From Welwitschia mirabilis (taxonomy: Eukaryota): a DNA stretch of 37,441 nt. Positions 1 to 11,765 of this stretch are shown one piece after another (positions within the stretch are counted from its first letter, which is position 1; every line of letters starts with the position of its first letter). The stretch lies in assembly GCA_051453625.1 (NCBI GenBank), contig JBOZIK010000001.1:36396798-36434238 (forward strand), read 5' to 3'. The position numbers and the translations under genes were made by a program. Under the pieces are notes generated by a model. The model saw nothing but the letters and a program-made list of their open reading frames with translations, did no database searches and was not told the DNA's origin.

Positions 1-520
1 GAACAGGGGGTAAAAGGGGAAAAGAGAAAGAAAGTAAAGGCAATTAGCACACGAACAGGAAAGAAAACTAGAAAGGGGTCTCCTAATTGATGGGGGTCAT
101 ACAGGCACCAACAATACCTTTTGATAATCTTAAAAGGACATCGTGGACTTTGGTGGGGGTAGAAAAGATGGTATGGTAACCCATGACAAATCAAGCTAGC
201 CCTCTAGCGACTTTGCAAGAGCCTAGATGCTAACCTAACATTTTGCCTGTATCCACTACCCAAGGCATACTGGATCGATTCCCGAAAGAGAATTGTGATA
301 ATGTTAATAAAGATGGTGTCAAGCTATGATGAAATAAAGATAATGCATGCTTTTATATGCAAATTTTGTTTATTCTTGACTATTTCTTTTGCAATAAATC
401 CATACTTTCTTTCTGGCATCATATTTTGGATTGAATATCAACTATTAAGTTAGAATCTTTATTTACGTTGCTTCTTCATTTTTATTTTATTTTTAAATTA
501 TCTTTGTCATAGGTTGTGTC

Positions 521-862
521 TGTTAGAAAAAGTGAAGCCAAAATTGTCTTTTTTATTGAAAAGTTATGTTTTAATGTTGACCTAGCTTTTTATAATGTTG
601 TAAAAGAAGGTTATGTTTTAACTCCTTCGGGTATTTTTTTCAAAAAAAGGAGGAAAAGGAGAGCAACTTTCTAGATTGAGTTGGTTTGAAACCCTAAAAC
701 TATCTAGAGGTTGCTTAGGGGTTTGTTTTGTATAGATATCTTTTGCTCCTTGAAGAAGATTAAGAGGTCTACCTGCTTCTCATTTTTCCCTGTGTTAAGG
801 TTAAATCTTGTGTGTTATTCTTTTGCTTGTTGTTTTCGTTTGCTATATTTGTTTTCATAACA
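521..862 (+). repeat. 5' LTR of Copia element
   Basis: TG...CA termini, alignable by eye to 6440-6811, and followed directly by the PBS. Confidence 0.92.
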
Positions 863-864
863 AC

Positions 865-877
865 TAGTATCAAAGCC
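865..877 (+). promoter_or_regulatory. Primer-binding site (tRNA-iMet type), decayed
   Basis: TAGTATCAAAGCC lies 2 nt after the LTR end and differs from canonical TGGTATCAGAGCC by two G>A changes. Confidence 0.85.
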
Positions 878-978
878 TTAGTTTGAAGTCTTGGAGCTTT
901 TCTCAATACTTTTGAGTGAAGCCTATGACTGAAGTGACATTCACAAGCAAATGAGTTGGCATTATACTTGCGGTTAAG

Positions 979-1087
979 AAGCAAGTGTAGCGAGCAAAGC
1001 AACGCAAGTTTAAGCTAAGCTAAGTGGAGTTCGCAAGCGAAGCAAGCAAATGAAGTGAAGCAAGCAAATGAAGCGAAGCAGAGCGAG
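979..1087 (+). repeat. AAGC-rich degenerate tandem repeat in the Copia 5' leader
   Basis: Repeated (A)AGC/GAAGC units, including two consecutive copies of GAAGCAAGCAAATGAAG at about 1039-1075. Confidence 0.7.
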
Positions 1088-1237
1088 GGCGCAATTTTTC
1101 TGGGTCTGTCCATATAGTCCATACCAGTTGTACAATGTCCAATGTCCAAGGTCTGTACGGTCTATACTGCACAGCGTCTAGCATCTATACATTTTTTGTG
1201 GTTTGCATCAATCACATCTTTTTTGGGGCTTTCAGGA

Positions 1238-4200
1238 ATGAATGCTTGTCAAGGATCGACAAATTAGTCGGAGTCAAAAACTAGGGAAACTGGAAAATCC
1301 TCATGGAGGATGTTCTCTACTCGAAGGATTGCAATATTATTCTACAATAGAAGGACGAAACGAAGGCAATGTCCAAATTGTCAAAAATTGATTGGCTAAA
1401 GAAATACCCTGATGAAGATTGAGAAAAGCTCGGCCGAAAAGCTCTAAGCACAATATGCCTTTGTCTTGGTAGTGACATACTTGGAACGTACAAGGGAACC
1501 ATTGACGTGTATATCTCATGGGAAATGCTAAATGAGAGGTATCACCAACCCACTGGAACGAACAAATATTAGATAATTAACAAGTTTTCAAAATCAAAAT
1601 GAAGGAAGGAACATTTTTGCAAAGTCATTTGGATGAAATGAATGGCTTATTTGCTCAGATCGATGATTTAGGTATAATATTCAAAGAAGATCTTTGAGTT
1701 GTCAATGTTCTAAGTTCTTTACAAGATTTATGGAAAACAGTTTGGACTACCTTGACTACAACTCCCACATCTTTACTATTTCTTAATAGCGTCATTTCAA
1801 GCTTGATTGACGCAGATAAGATGAAAACTATAGATGCCTGCATTGGCTATTAAAAAAGGTTCTTCACATAAAAGGGATGATCTTCGTAGATGTAACAAAG
1901 GCATAGGTAAATTTGCTGATAGTAACGAAATTCATTCGCTAGTATTGTATGAAGAGGTCATCTACGCAAAGATTGTTATGCCTTGAAAAATAAGAATAAA
2001 GATAAAGAGACCTCAGAACAACAAAGAGGAACAAGCAAAATCTGATGGGGATGTTTCAATCGTGCTAATTGCAAAAGATGGAGATCCTGATGTCTCCAAG
2101 TACTATACTCCTAATGTATGGGTTCTAGATTTAGGATCTTTTTTCTATGTCTACCCACACAGAGAATATTTTTTTGATTATAGGGCCATTTCTAGAAGAG
2201 AAGTCTTCCTTGGAGATGACAGATCATGCACTATTGAAGGGATTGTTGCTATCATCCTGAAATAGAATGACAGACAGAATGTGACGTTGAGGAATGTTTA
2301 CCATATTCCTTGTATTGCAAAGAATTTAATATCATATAGACAATTGGATGATTTGGGTTGTAGAATTACACACGTTGATGAAAGGTAGAAAGTTAGCAAA
2401 GAGGCAATGACACAAATGCATGGAAAGAAAGAATGGATGCTATATATGTTAAGAGCACATGCAATTGAAGGACATGCAGTTGTTGCTGCAGTTTCAGAGA
2501 ATGATGTTTCTTTGTGCCATCATAGGCTCAATCACCTTAGCGAAACCGGAATGAAGGTACTTATTTCTAAGAACCTACTNNNNNNNNNNGTTGCCTAAGT
2601 TTTCTTCCTTTCTTACATTTCTATCATGAATTGCTATCGGTAAAAACAAGTGTGTTGCTTTTAAGAAATCTATTTTGAATAAGGAGATAAGAAAGATTGA
2701 TATTGTGTATTCCGATGTTGTTGGTCCAATGTTTGTCATGTCTTTAGGTGGTGCATCATATTTTATTACATTCGTTGATAGATTTAGTAGAAAGATGCGG
2801 ATTTATTTTATACATTCCAAAAGTCAAGCTTTAGGAAAGTTTAAGGAGCTCAAGGCTAATGTAGAAAATGAGTATGGCTATAAAATAAAGTGTCTATTCA
2901 CTGATAATGAGGGTGAGTACACCTCCCACAAGTTTTCTAAATTTTGTAAGCAAGCTAGAATTGTACATAACAAAACACCACTAGGAACACCATAAAGTAA
3001 TGGTGTTGCAAAAAGATATAACCACACAATTCTTGACAGAGGTAGATCCATGCTTCCTCAATCATGTGTGCCTAAGTAGTTTTGGGTAGAAGNNNNNNNN
3101 NNTTCTTTGTCTAACTGCATGTTTTTGGACGTGAGGTCTATGTCCATCTACAACGTACAAGAAAACTAGAAGAACATGGCAAGAAATGTGTTTTTCTTAA
3201 CTATGGGAGAGATGATTTTGGATATAGGGTTTGGGATCCTATGGCACAAAGGATTGTTAGATCCTGTGATGTTGAATTTAGAGAGAATGTGATGTTTTAC
3301 AAGTCACGGAAGAGAATTCAGAAAGAGGGAGGTTTTAGTTCTTGCACCTTGCCCAAGCGAGAACATGTTGACAATTACGAGAAGCATGATACACATCGTG
3401 AAAATGTTCAGCCTAATTTAGACCAACCAGAAGAAGAAAGCTAAGTTCTAAATCTAAGTCTGATGATGATAGTACTTAAACTCTCGGATATTGGNNNNNN
3501 NNNNNNNNNNNNNNNNNNNNNNNNNNNNNNNNNNNNNNNNNNNNNNNNNNNNNNNNNNNNNNNNNNNNNNNNNNNNNNNNNNNNNNNNNNNNNNNNNNNN
3601 NNNNNNNNNNNNNNNNNNNNNNNNNNNNNNNNNNNNNNNNNNNNNNNNNNNNNNNNNNNNNNNNNNNNNNNNNNNNNNNNNNNNNNNNNNNNNNNNNNNN
3701 NNNNNNNNNNNNNNNNNNNNNNNNNNNNNNNNNNNNNNNNNNNNNNNNNNNNNNNNNNNNNNNNNNNNNNNNNNNNNNNNNNNNNNNNNNNNNNNNNNNN
3801 NNNNNNNNNNNNNNNNNNNNNNNNNNNNNNNNNNNNNNNNNNACAGAGGATTGTTAGATCCTATGATGTTGAATTTAGAGAGAATGTGATGTTTTACAAG
3901 TCACGGGAGAGAATTCAGAAAGAGGGAGGTTTTAGTTCTTGCACCTTGCCCAAGCGAGAACATGTTGACATTACGAGAAGCATGATACACATCGTGAAAA
4001 TGTTCAGCCTAATTTAGACCAACCAGAAGAAGAAAGCTTAAGTTCTAAATCTAAGTCTGATGATGATGGTACTTAAACTCTAGGATATTGGTTTTGAAGA
4101 TCCACCAAAGTTACAAAGCCACCTCAAAGATACTCTCCATCTTTACATTACGTGTTGTTTACAGATAAAGGAAAACCTGAATCCTTTGAAGAAGCTATTT

Positions 4201-6354
4201 CTTCTTCTGAATCTCATAAATAGAAAGTTGCCATGGAAGAAGAAATGAAATCCCTGAAACAGACTCATACTTGGGGTTTCATTCCCTTACCTAAAGGGAA
4301 AAGGCCTTTAAAATCCAGGTGGATGTATGTCATCAAACAAAGGCTAATGGTAGACAATGCTACAAAGCACTATTGGTGGGGAAAAGTACAGCCAAAAGCC
4401 ATGTAGTAATTTTACAAAATTTTCTGACTTGTTGTGAAGCAAATATCTATTTGAATTTTGCTTGGCATGGTTGCTTGTTTAGATTTGAAGTTAGAGCAAT
4501 TAGCCATTAAAACAGCTTTTTTGCATGGTGATCTAGCAGAGGAACTTTATATGCATGTACCTGAGTGCTTGGAAGTGGAAAATACAAATCTAGTTTGCAG
4601 GTTGAGGAAGTTTCTTTATGGCTTGAAATAGTCTACTGATCAATGGTACAAGAAGTTTGATGATTTTATGAAGAAACAAGGATACTCCAATTGTGATTAT
4701 GATTATTGTGTATACCTTTATGTGAGTGCTTCAGGTACGATTGTCATTCTTATGTTGTACGTTGATGATATGTTAGTTGCTATTGATGATATGTTAGTTG
4801 CTGGAAAATACATGGAAGAAATCAAAAGATTGAAGCATGAAATATCCAAGACTTTTGCCACTAAAGATCTTGGACCAGCAAAACAAATCCTTGAAATCGG
4901 GATTGTCAAAGATAGATCGTCACAAGTTGTGGTTAAGCCAATTTGAATATATTGACAATGTTTTGAAACGTTTTAACATGCTAGGTTGCAAACCTATTTG
5001 CACTCCTCTAGCTGCACATTTCCAATTGACTCATGAGGGTTGTCCTACTCCAAAGAATGAGAAGGCAAAAATGACAAGTATGTCGTAACATTAGCTATGG
5101 GAAGCCTAATGTATGCCATGATCTATACTAGACCAGACATTGCTCATGTAGCGGGAGTTCTCTCTCATTTTATGAGTAATCCTAGGAAAGAGCATTGGGA
5201 AGCAATAAAATGGATACTTGTTACTTGAAGGGAACCCAACATATGAGTTTGTGTTTTGGCAATGTTGATTTGCATGTTACAGGGTATGTAGANNNNNNNN
5301 NNNNNNNNNNNNNNNNNNNNNNNNNNNNNNNNNNNNNNNNNNNNNNNNNNNNNNNNNNNNNNNNNNNNNNNNNNNNNNNNNNNNNNNNNNNNNNNNNNNN
5401 NNNNNNNNNNNNNNNNNNNNNNNNNNNNNNNNNNNNNNNNNNNNNNNNNNNNNNNNNNNNNNNNNNNNNNNNNNNNNNNNNNNNNNNNNNNNNNNNNNNN
5501 NNNNNNNNNNNNNNNNNNNNNNNNNNNNNNNNNNNNNNNNNNNNNNNNNNNNNNNNNNNNNNNNNNNNNNNNNNNNNNNNNNNNNNNNNNNNNNNNNNNN
5601 NNNNNNNNNNNNNNNNNNNNNNNNNNNNNNNNNNNNNNNNNNNNNNNNNNNNNNNNNNNNNNNNNNNNNNNNNNNNNNNNNNNNNNNNNNNNNNNNNNNN
5701 NNNNNNNNNNNNNNNNNNNNNNNNNNNNNNNNNNNNNNNNNNNNNNNNNNNNNNNNNNNNNNNNNNNNNNNNNNNNNNNNNNNNNNNNNNNNNNNNNNNN
5801 NNNNNNNNNNNNNNNNNNNNNNNNNNNNNNNNNNNNNNNNNNNNNNNNNNNNNNNNNNNNNNNNNNNNNNNNNNNNNNNNNNNNNNNNNNNNNNNNNNNN
5901 NNNNNNNNNNNNNNNNNNNTACTAGTTATAGGGATACCCGATGCTCTACTACCAGGTACATCTTTACTCTTGATTGTGGAGCTATTGGCGGGATGTCCTA
6001 TCTACAATCAAACATTGTTCTTTCCATTGTAGAAGCTGAGTATGTTGCATTGACAGAAGCTACTAAGGAGATGTTGTGGCTATGTGGTTTTGGTGGTTGG
6101 TTTGGCCTTAGTCAAACTAAGTTTGTCATGCATTGTGATAGTCAAAGTGCCATAGATCTAACGAAGCATCCTCATTATCATGCCAAAACTAACCACATCA
6201 GTATTAAATATCATTCCATCAAGTAGAAGTTTGAAAAAGGCCTATTAGATGTTTTGAAGATTCATACGCATGTAAATCTTGCTGATTTCCTAACAACGGT
6301 TTTGATGGCACAAAGCAAAAGGCCTGTTGTCATGGAGTAGGATTGCAAACATGA
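1238..6354 (+). pseudogene. Copia gag-pol polyprotein, frameshifted with many stops
   Basis: gag N-terminus WKILMEDVLYSKD (~1291); zinc-knuckle relic GHLRKDC (~1956); protease WVLDLGSFFYVYPHREYF (ORF 2062); pre-integrase HHRLNHLSETGM (ORF 2407); integrase core VYSDVVGP/YFITFVD/TDNEGEY (ORF 2675) and GYRVWDP..RIVRSCDVEF; RT MLYVDDML and KDLGPAKQIL (ORF 4668); RNase H EAEYVALTEATKE and HCDSQSAIDL (5920-6226). Ends are approximate. Confidence 0.93.
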
Positions 6355-6428
6355 TCTGGAAGCAAGAAAGTAGGCATCTCTTGGAGCTATGTAAATAGTT
6401 GTTCTTGAAGACTCACCAAATTGTCTTC

Positions 6429-6439
6429 AAGTGGGAGAA
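6429..6439 (+). promoter_or_regulatory. Polypurine tract of Copia element
   Basis: AAGTGGGAGAA lies immediately 5' of the 3' LTR start TG at 6440. Confidence 0.85.
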
Positions 6440-6811
6440 TGTTAGAAAAAGCGAAGCCAAATTTGTGTTTTTTTGATTGTGAGATTATGTTTTAATGTTT
6501 AAAACCCATTTTGTAATGTTGTCAAAGGAGGTTATGTTTTAACTCCTTGGGGTATATATATATTTTTTTTAAAGGAAGGAAAAAGGAAGGAAATTTCCAA
6601 AACTTTCTAAATTGACTTGGCATGAAACCCTAAACTTATTTAAGGGTTGCATAGGGATTTGTTTTATACAGATTTCTTTTGCTCCTTAAAGAAGATTAAG
6701 AGCTTTGCTTGCTTCCCATGGTTTTTCCGTGCATTAGGTTTTTCCACCTTAAATCTTGTGTACTGTTTTTTTCACTTGCTATTTTCATTTGCTACGTTGG
6801 TTCTCATAACA
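6440..6811 (+). repeat. 3' LTR of Copia element
   Basis: TG...CA termini. Homologous to 521-862 but visibly diverged by substitutions and indels, so the insertion is old. Confidence 0.92.
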
Positions 6812-8864
6812 GTATCACATAAAAAGATGTTCATGAAAAGTATTTCTAGCATGTCAAGAGAACAGTGGTTCAACAATTGCAGCAAATTAGGATCTTAGGA
6901 AAACTAAAACAAATATCACATAGTAAAGGTGAAACCAAAAGAATCATATTGCATATCAAGATCTATGTGGTAATACCCTCCAATGTCTTAGAAATTTAGT
7001 ATATAAACGTTAAACCATAGCTCGGTAATACAGATATGGACAAAATCCATAATGGAGTTAAGAGCTAATTATGTTATGAAAATATTAGTTAGTTATAATA
7101 ACTAAATCACTTAATTAACCAAACCATAATGGAGATATGAACCTTTGTTGTAACCTTAAAGAGGTTATCGTTCAACCTTTTAAGGAGACAAAGAATGATC
7201 AACGAAATAACAACTTGCATATATTGAAGGCAATCATAAGGGCTTCAGGAAGCAAATCATCTTCAACATGCACTTCTTCAAACCAGTGATCAATTGAGTG
7301 TTCAATGAAGAACTGGCCTTGTTAACAGACCACTCTTAAAGGCACAACAAGAATCAATCAATTCCTTAACCTTATTCAAGTGACATTCAGTTTCATAAAA
7401 TTTCCATTTTTATTTTCTGCTTAACTCTATTTTTCAACACAAGGTGGAAAGGGGGGAATCAAGACAATCAATCAAGGTTTGATTAGCAGAAGGACAAATA
7501 AAGTTCCATAATGCATTGCCATTTGGAAAGAGTTCCATCTCCATATATGACAACTAAAGCCATTGCACCACTAAAGAATTAAAAAGGTTAAGGTCTACAA
7601 GGTTCAGATATATTTCCTTCTTTNNNNNNNNNNNNNNNNNNNNNNNNNNNNNNNNNNNNNNNNNNNNNNNNNNNNNNNNNNNNNNNNNNNNNNNNNNNNN
7701 NNNNNNNNNNNNNNNNNNNNNNNNNNNNNNNNNNNNNNNNNNNNNNNNNNNNNNNNNNNNNNNNNNNNNNNNNNNNNNNNNNNNNNNNNNNNNNNNNNNN
7801 NNNNNNNNNNNNNNNNNNNNNNNNNNNNNNNNNNNNNNNNNNNNNNNNNNNNNNNNNNNNNNNNNNNNNNNNNNNNNNNNNNNNNNNNNNNNNNNNNNNN
7901 NNNNNNNNNNNNNNNNNNNNNNNNNNNNNNNNNNNNNNNNNNNNNNNNNNNNNNNNNNNNNNNNNNNNNNNNNNNNNNNNNNNNNNNNNNNNNNNNNNNN
8001 NNNNNNNNNNNNNNNNNNNNNNNNNNNNNNNNNNNNNNNNNNNNNNNNNNNNNNNNNNNNNNNNNNNNNNNNNNNNNNNNNNNNNNNNNNNNNNNNNNNN
8101 NNNNNNNNNNNNNNNNNNNNNNNNNNNNNNNNNNNNNNNNNNNNNNNNNNNNNNNNNNNNNNNNNNNNNNNNNNNNNNNNNNNNNNNNNNNNNNNNNNNN
8201 NNNNNNNNNNNNNNNNNNNNNNNNNNNNNNNNNNNNNNNNNNNNNNNNNNNNNNNNNNNNNNNNNNNNNNNNNNNNNNNNNNNNNNNNNNNNNNNNNNNN
8301 NNNNNNNNNNNNNNNNNNNNNNNNNNNNNNNNNNNNNNNNNNNNNNNNNNNNNNNNNNNNNNNNNNNNNNNNNNNNNNNNNNNNNNNNNNNNNNNNNNNN
8401 NNNNNNNNNNNNNNNNNNNNNNNNNNNNNNNNNNNNNNNNNAGTTATGCCATGAAGACATCATCAACAATAGACTGTCATCTCCAAAGCACTTGTCATGC
8501 ATCAGCACCATCAAAACACACACACTGTACGAAGCATCAAGAAGAATATAATAGATCCATTTAACAACATTCGTAGGGTTAATGAACAAGCTAACTAATC
8601 TAATTGCATAGTTAAATCAGCTTTGATACAGTGAATAACACACATGAAGCTTACAATGCATTGTCTATGAGAACTGTCACCATGTGCTCTATCCCCAATG
8701 CACAACATTGTTTAGATGATTTGAAATTTGAATATGAAGTAACCAATTTTTAATCAAACATATTGAAACCATAAACTATCTGCTCAACACATTGATCCTT
8801 CAAGAATCATGTGGCCACTGGTATCCTCTTCTCTAAGTATTCTCATTCCAAGAAAATGTTTTAC

Positions 8865-11522
8865 CTTCCAAGATGCCTTATTGAGAATATAGCATACATC
8901 TGAATTTCAAATGCTATGGCCTGACCTACCACCAATTAGAACCAACAACCAGTATACTTGTCGGCATACTAAAACACTCGCGGAATCACTTCTTGGCCAA
9001 GAGAAGGGAAGCCATCCAATCAAATTGTTTATTGGTAAAGAAATCTTAGCAGAACTTTCCAAGGTAAAAAAATTAAAGTCATGTTTATTTATATTTATTT
9101 TTTATCTAAATTATTGGCTAGGAAGCATGAGCCTTCCAACCAGCATTTTTTTCCTTCACAGAGCATAACTTCTATTTTTCTTATGAATTACCCTATTAAA
9201 GTAAACATAAATAAAATTTAGTAAAATAAAAATATTATTATATTTTCTTTATTTTAAGGGCTATATAAACTTATGCCCAATATGAAACTTCTCCTGGCCA
9301 CTTTTACTGATATATTATATATAAGAATAAGATAGCAGGAAAACATTTAACATAAACATGGTGATCCCTTTCACAGTATTTACATGATCATTCCTACACA
9401 AACATGTGAAATCGAACATACCATTGTCTAGAACCTGCTTGACAATGGTTTTGTATCCAATTTGGTAAGATTGAGATAGTTAAATTGACGTTCCTACACT
9501 AAATCCCAATTCCCAGCAAAAAAATAACATGTATAAAAGTTGACACAGGCAAGTTATTCTCCATAAAATCAGAAACTTGGAAAAATACTTCATCAGTAAC
9601 TCCAGTCAATACATCTTATCCATCAATTGTGTCATTCATCATATAATCTGCACGTCTTGGGGACTTTTGAAGCCTTGGATTACAGAACCAACTCAGAGCT
9701 ATCATTTTCTATCCACAAACTCTATGCATTTTTTATATTCAATTTATGCATGTTGCACATAACTTTAAAAACATTGCAATAATGTGAGGTTTAAGAAGGG
9801 TAAAAAGATTCAAGCCAACCAGCAAACAATACCTTATTGAAGCTACTAATAATGTAAGTACAGACAATGAAGCGTCCATCACTTAAGCCCTCATGAAGTT
9901 TACATCATGAAAATTTCAGCAATTAGTGATAACACTACAGCACCTCACCAGGAATTATGTTTTTTTGGGTGAAATTATAAAGTTCATGACAGCACACATT
10001 CTCGATAAAGATCAAGACAGGCCAAACAACACCACATGTAACCTCAAACTTGTTTTACTTATCGCTTATGTTTAGAAAAGTGTGTAGCTAACATTTTGTG
10101 TACTTCTAATTAATGTTTAGATGTAAACCCTTCTTCAACGTGAGCAGGTAAATACATGGAAAAATTATGTGATGGCACTACAGAACCACAACAGGAATTA
10201 TATTCTTTTTGTGAAATTATAAAGTTCATAACGCCACACATTCTCAACAAAGATCAAAATAGGCCAAACAACACCACATGTAACCTCAAAAGTGTTTTAT
10301 TGATCGCTCATGTTTATAAAAGTTTGTAGTTAACAATTTCGTGCACTTCTAAATAATGTTTAGATGCCAAGCCTTCTTCAACATGAACATAGAAATACAT
10401 GGAAAAATTATGCTTCCTGTTTCATATTATGTTAATTAGATAAATGCTTATCAGGATAGCATGACCTCCTATAACTCTGTGAATAAGTTATTCCTTGGGA
10501 AGTTAATTCTCCAAAGATGGATTATGAACATGCAATCTCATAGCTCTAAGTTAACTAGCTAAACTTTTTAACATTTTTTAACATTAAAACTTAGTTATGT
10601 TCTGAATCTGTACGGAAGCTTTTGTATGGGAACTGACAAGTTACTCCACGAAAACGACTCATGAACATTCACTCTCCAAAATGTGAAACAAAGCCACGTA
10701 AATAACTTTAGATAACATTCGTTTATCCATCTTTATGAAGGACATAACAAACCATACCTGGTACTCTACGATCCTTTCTCCCTCGCTCCCTCCCTCTCCT
10801 GCTGTTCAACTGTATGAGATATGTATGGCAAGTGTGTCGAAAGCAAGTGTGTCGAGATACCACCTTGCTGCCAAGAAGATAAACAGCCATAGCGTTTCAC
10901 TCCCTTTAACGCGTTGATTTAAATTATTTCAGTTCATTTCTAGAATGCATTTGGTCTATCTCGTTTATAGAGGTCTGAGTTCAATTCTCGGAATATCCGT
11001 AATGTGACTTTCATTATGTATATAATTCATCATAATTTCAATCTTTCTCCGCTTATTAAAGCTGTTAATAATCAATAACTAGATAGAAAACATTCCCTCG
11101 CATGTGGGACGCCCCAAAAAGAAATCGTCATACATACAAGACCAGCTATGACGAAACTAAAATTTTCAGAAACGTTGATGAGCAAATTACTTACTTATGT
11201 CCTGGCCATAACAACGAACCAGCAACTAGCGAAAAAAACGTTCTTACATTGCCTTTACTTTCCAAACCCTACATTTAACTGCGCAATTGTAACTTCGATC
11301 TAGACCAGAGCAACGAGAATTGCTTTCCGAGAAACGAACAAAAAGGGGATCATGCGACGGGAATATTAATTTCAGAACAATAATTTAGTACACAATTGAA
11401 GCCTAAAGGCTCTTCGACGATATGAAACCACTAAATAGGATAAAGAGAAATCGCATGACATTCACCTGTCGGAGGAACCGAGAAACTCAGATTAGAAATT
11501 AAGCGTAGAAACCAAATGCAAT
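8865..11522 (-). ncRNA. Putative spliced Pol II transcript (lncRNA, small-peptide gene or long 5' leader); 3' extent unknown
   Basis: Six minus-strand donor-like sites: CAG|GTGAAT (11466), TAA|GTAAGT (11195), CAG|GTATGG (10758), AAG|GTATTG (9833), ATG|GTATGT (9422), AAG|GTAAAA (8865). Matching acceptors: TTTTTTCGCTAG| (11225), CATACAG| (10809), CTGTAG| (9934), GTGTAG| (9493), ATTCAG| (8899). A promoter-like block lies upstream and there is no long ORF. Splice prediction was by eye only. Confidence 0.45.
9934..10412. repeat. Tandem duplication, two diverged copies of about 243 bp
   Basis: CACTACAG...GGAATTAT...GTGAAATTATAAAGTTCAT...AGGCCAAACAACACCACATGTAACCTCAAA...AAATACATGGAAAAATTATG occurs twice (about 9934-10172 and about 10176-10412) with no gap between the copies. 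Confidence 0.92.
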
Positions 11523-11765
11523 GACCTCAAAAATTAAATGATCTGCTCTTTTATGTCTGTGAGGGCGGGCGTTGGGGCGTGTGGCTGGAGCTGGAATGGC
11601 AAGAAAATGACCCGCTTCCCAACTGCGCTGTCATTTTTTTCATCCCATCTAGCCTGGCTTTGCGTGTTGCCCTCACCAACCGAGAGGACACTTTTTGGCC
11701 TGTGTCAGGTCGTGGAACCACAAAATCAGAACTCTAGCGGTAGGCCTTTTATGACGTCGTAGCGT
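11522..11765 (-). promoter_or_regulatory. Putative core/proximal promoter (CpG-retaining, GC-rich)
   Basis: This is the most GC/CpG-rich block seen in a CpG-depleted window. On the minus strand, TATA-like CATAAAAG (11555-11548) sits about 33 nt upstream of a TCA initiator-like site (11522). GGGCGG/GGGGCG boxes at 11563-11579, TGACGT at 11752, and a telo-box AAACCCTA at 11264-11271 in the predicted first intron. Confidence 0.5.

Larger units (their letters stand above)
521..6811 (+). mobile_element. Full-length decayed Ty1/Copia LTR retrotransposon (Tnt1/Tork-TAR-like by motif appearance)
   Basis: Two direct repeats begin TGTTAGAAAAAG(T/C)GAAGCCAAA (521, 6440) and end CATAACA (862, 6811). Flanks are GTGTC (516-520) and GTATC (6812-6816), a 4/5 TSD. 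PBS and PPT are present. Domain order gag-PR-INT-RT-RH is the Copia order. Confidence 0.95.

Noticed and set aside
1..300. Higher-GC, purine-skewed segment at the window start, possibly the end of another LTR or LINE
   Set aside because: It is truncated by the window edge, with no second copy, PBS, PPT or coding motif visible to classify it.
8911..9168. Plus-strand 85-aa ORF with a possible AAG|GTAAAA donor at 9063
   Set aside because: No recognisable family, no pyrimidine-rich acceptor and no partner exons on the plus strand. Surrounding splice signals favour the minus strand.
9569..9642. C/D snoRNA-like layout on the minus strand (ATGATGA...CTGA...CTGA, 74 nt) inside a predicted intron
   Set aside because: There is no convincing terminal stem, and the D' and C' boxes overlap. 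The best rRNA complementarity I could see (CTGGAGTTA against the conserved 18S TAATTCCAG) is only about 9 bp with a G-U pair. This is compatible with chance unless snoScan/Rfam or small-RNA reads support it.
10828..10855. 13-bp direct repeat GCAAGTGTGTCGA x2 (a similar CTTACATCTGA x2 lies at 27251-27275)
   Set aside because: These are simple local slippage duplications with no further structure.
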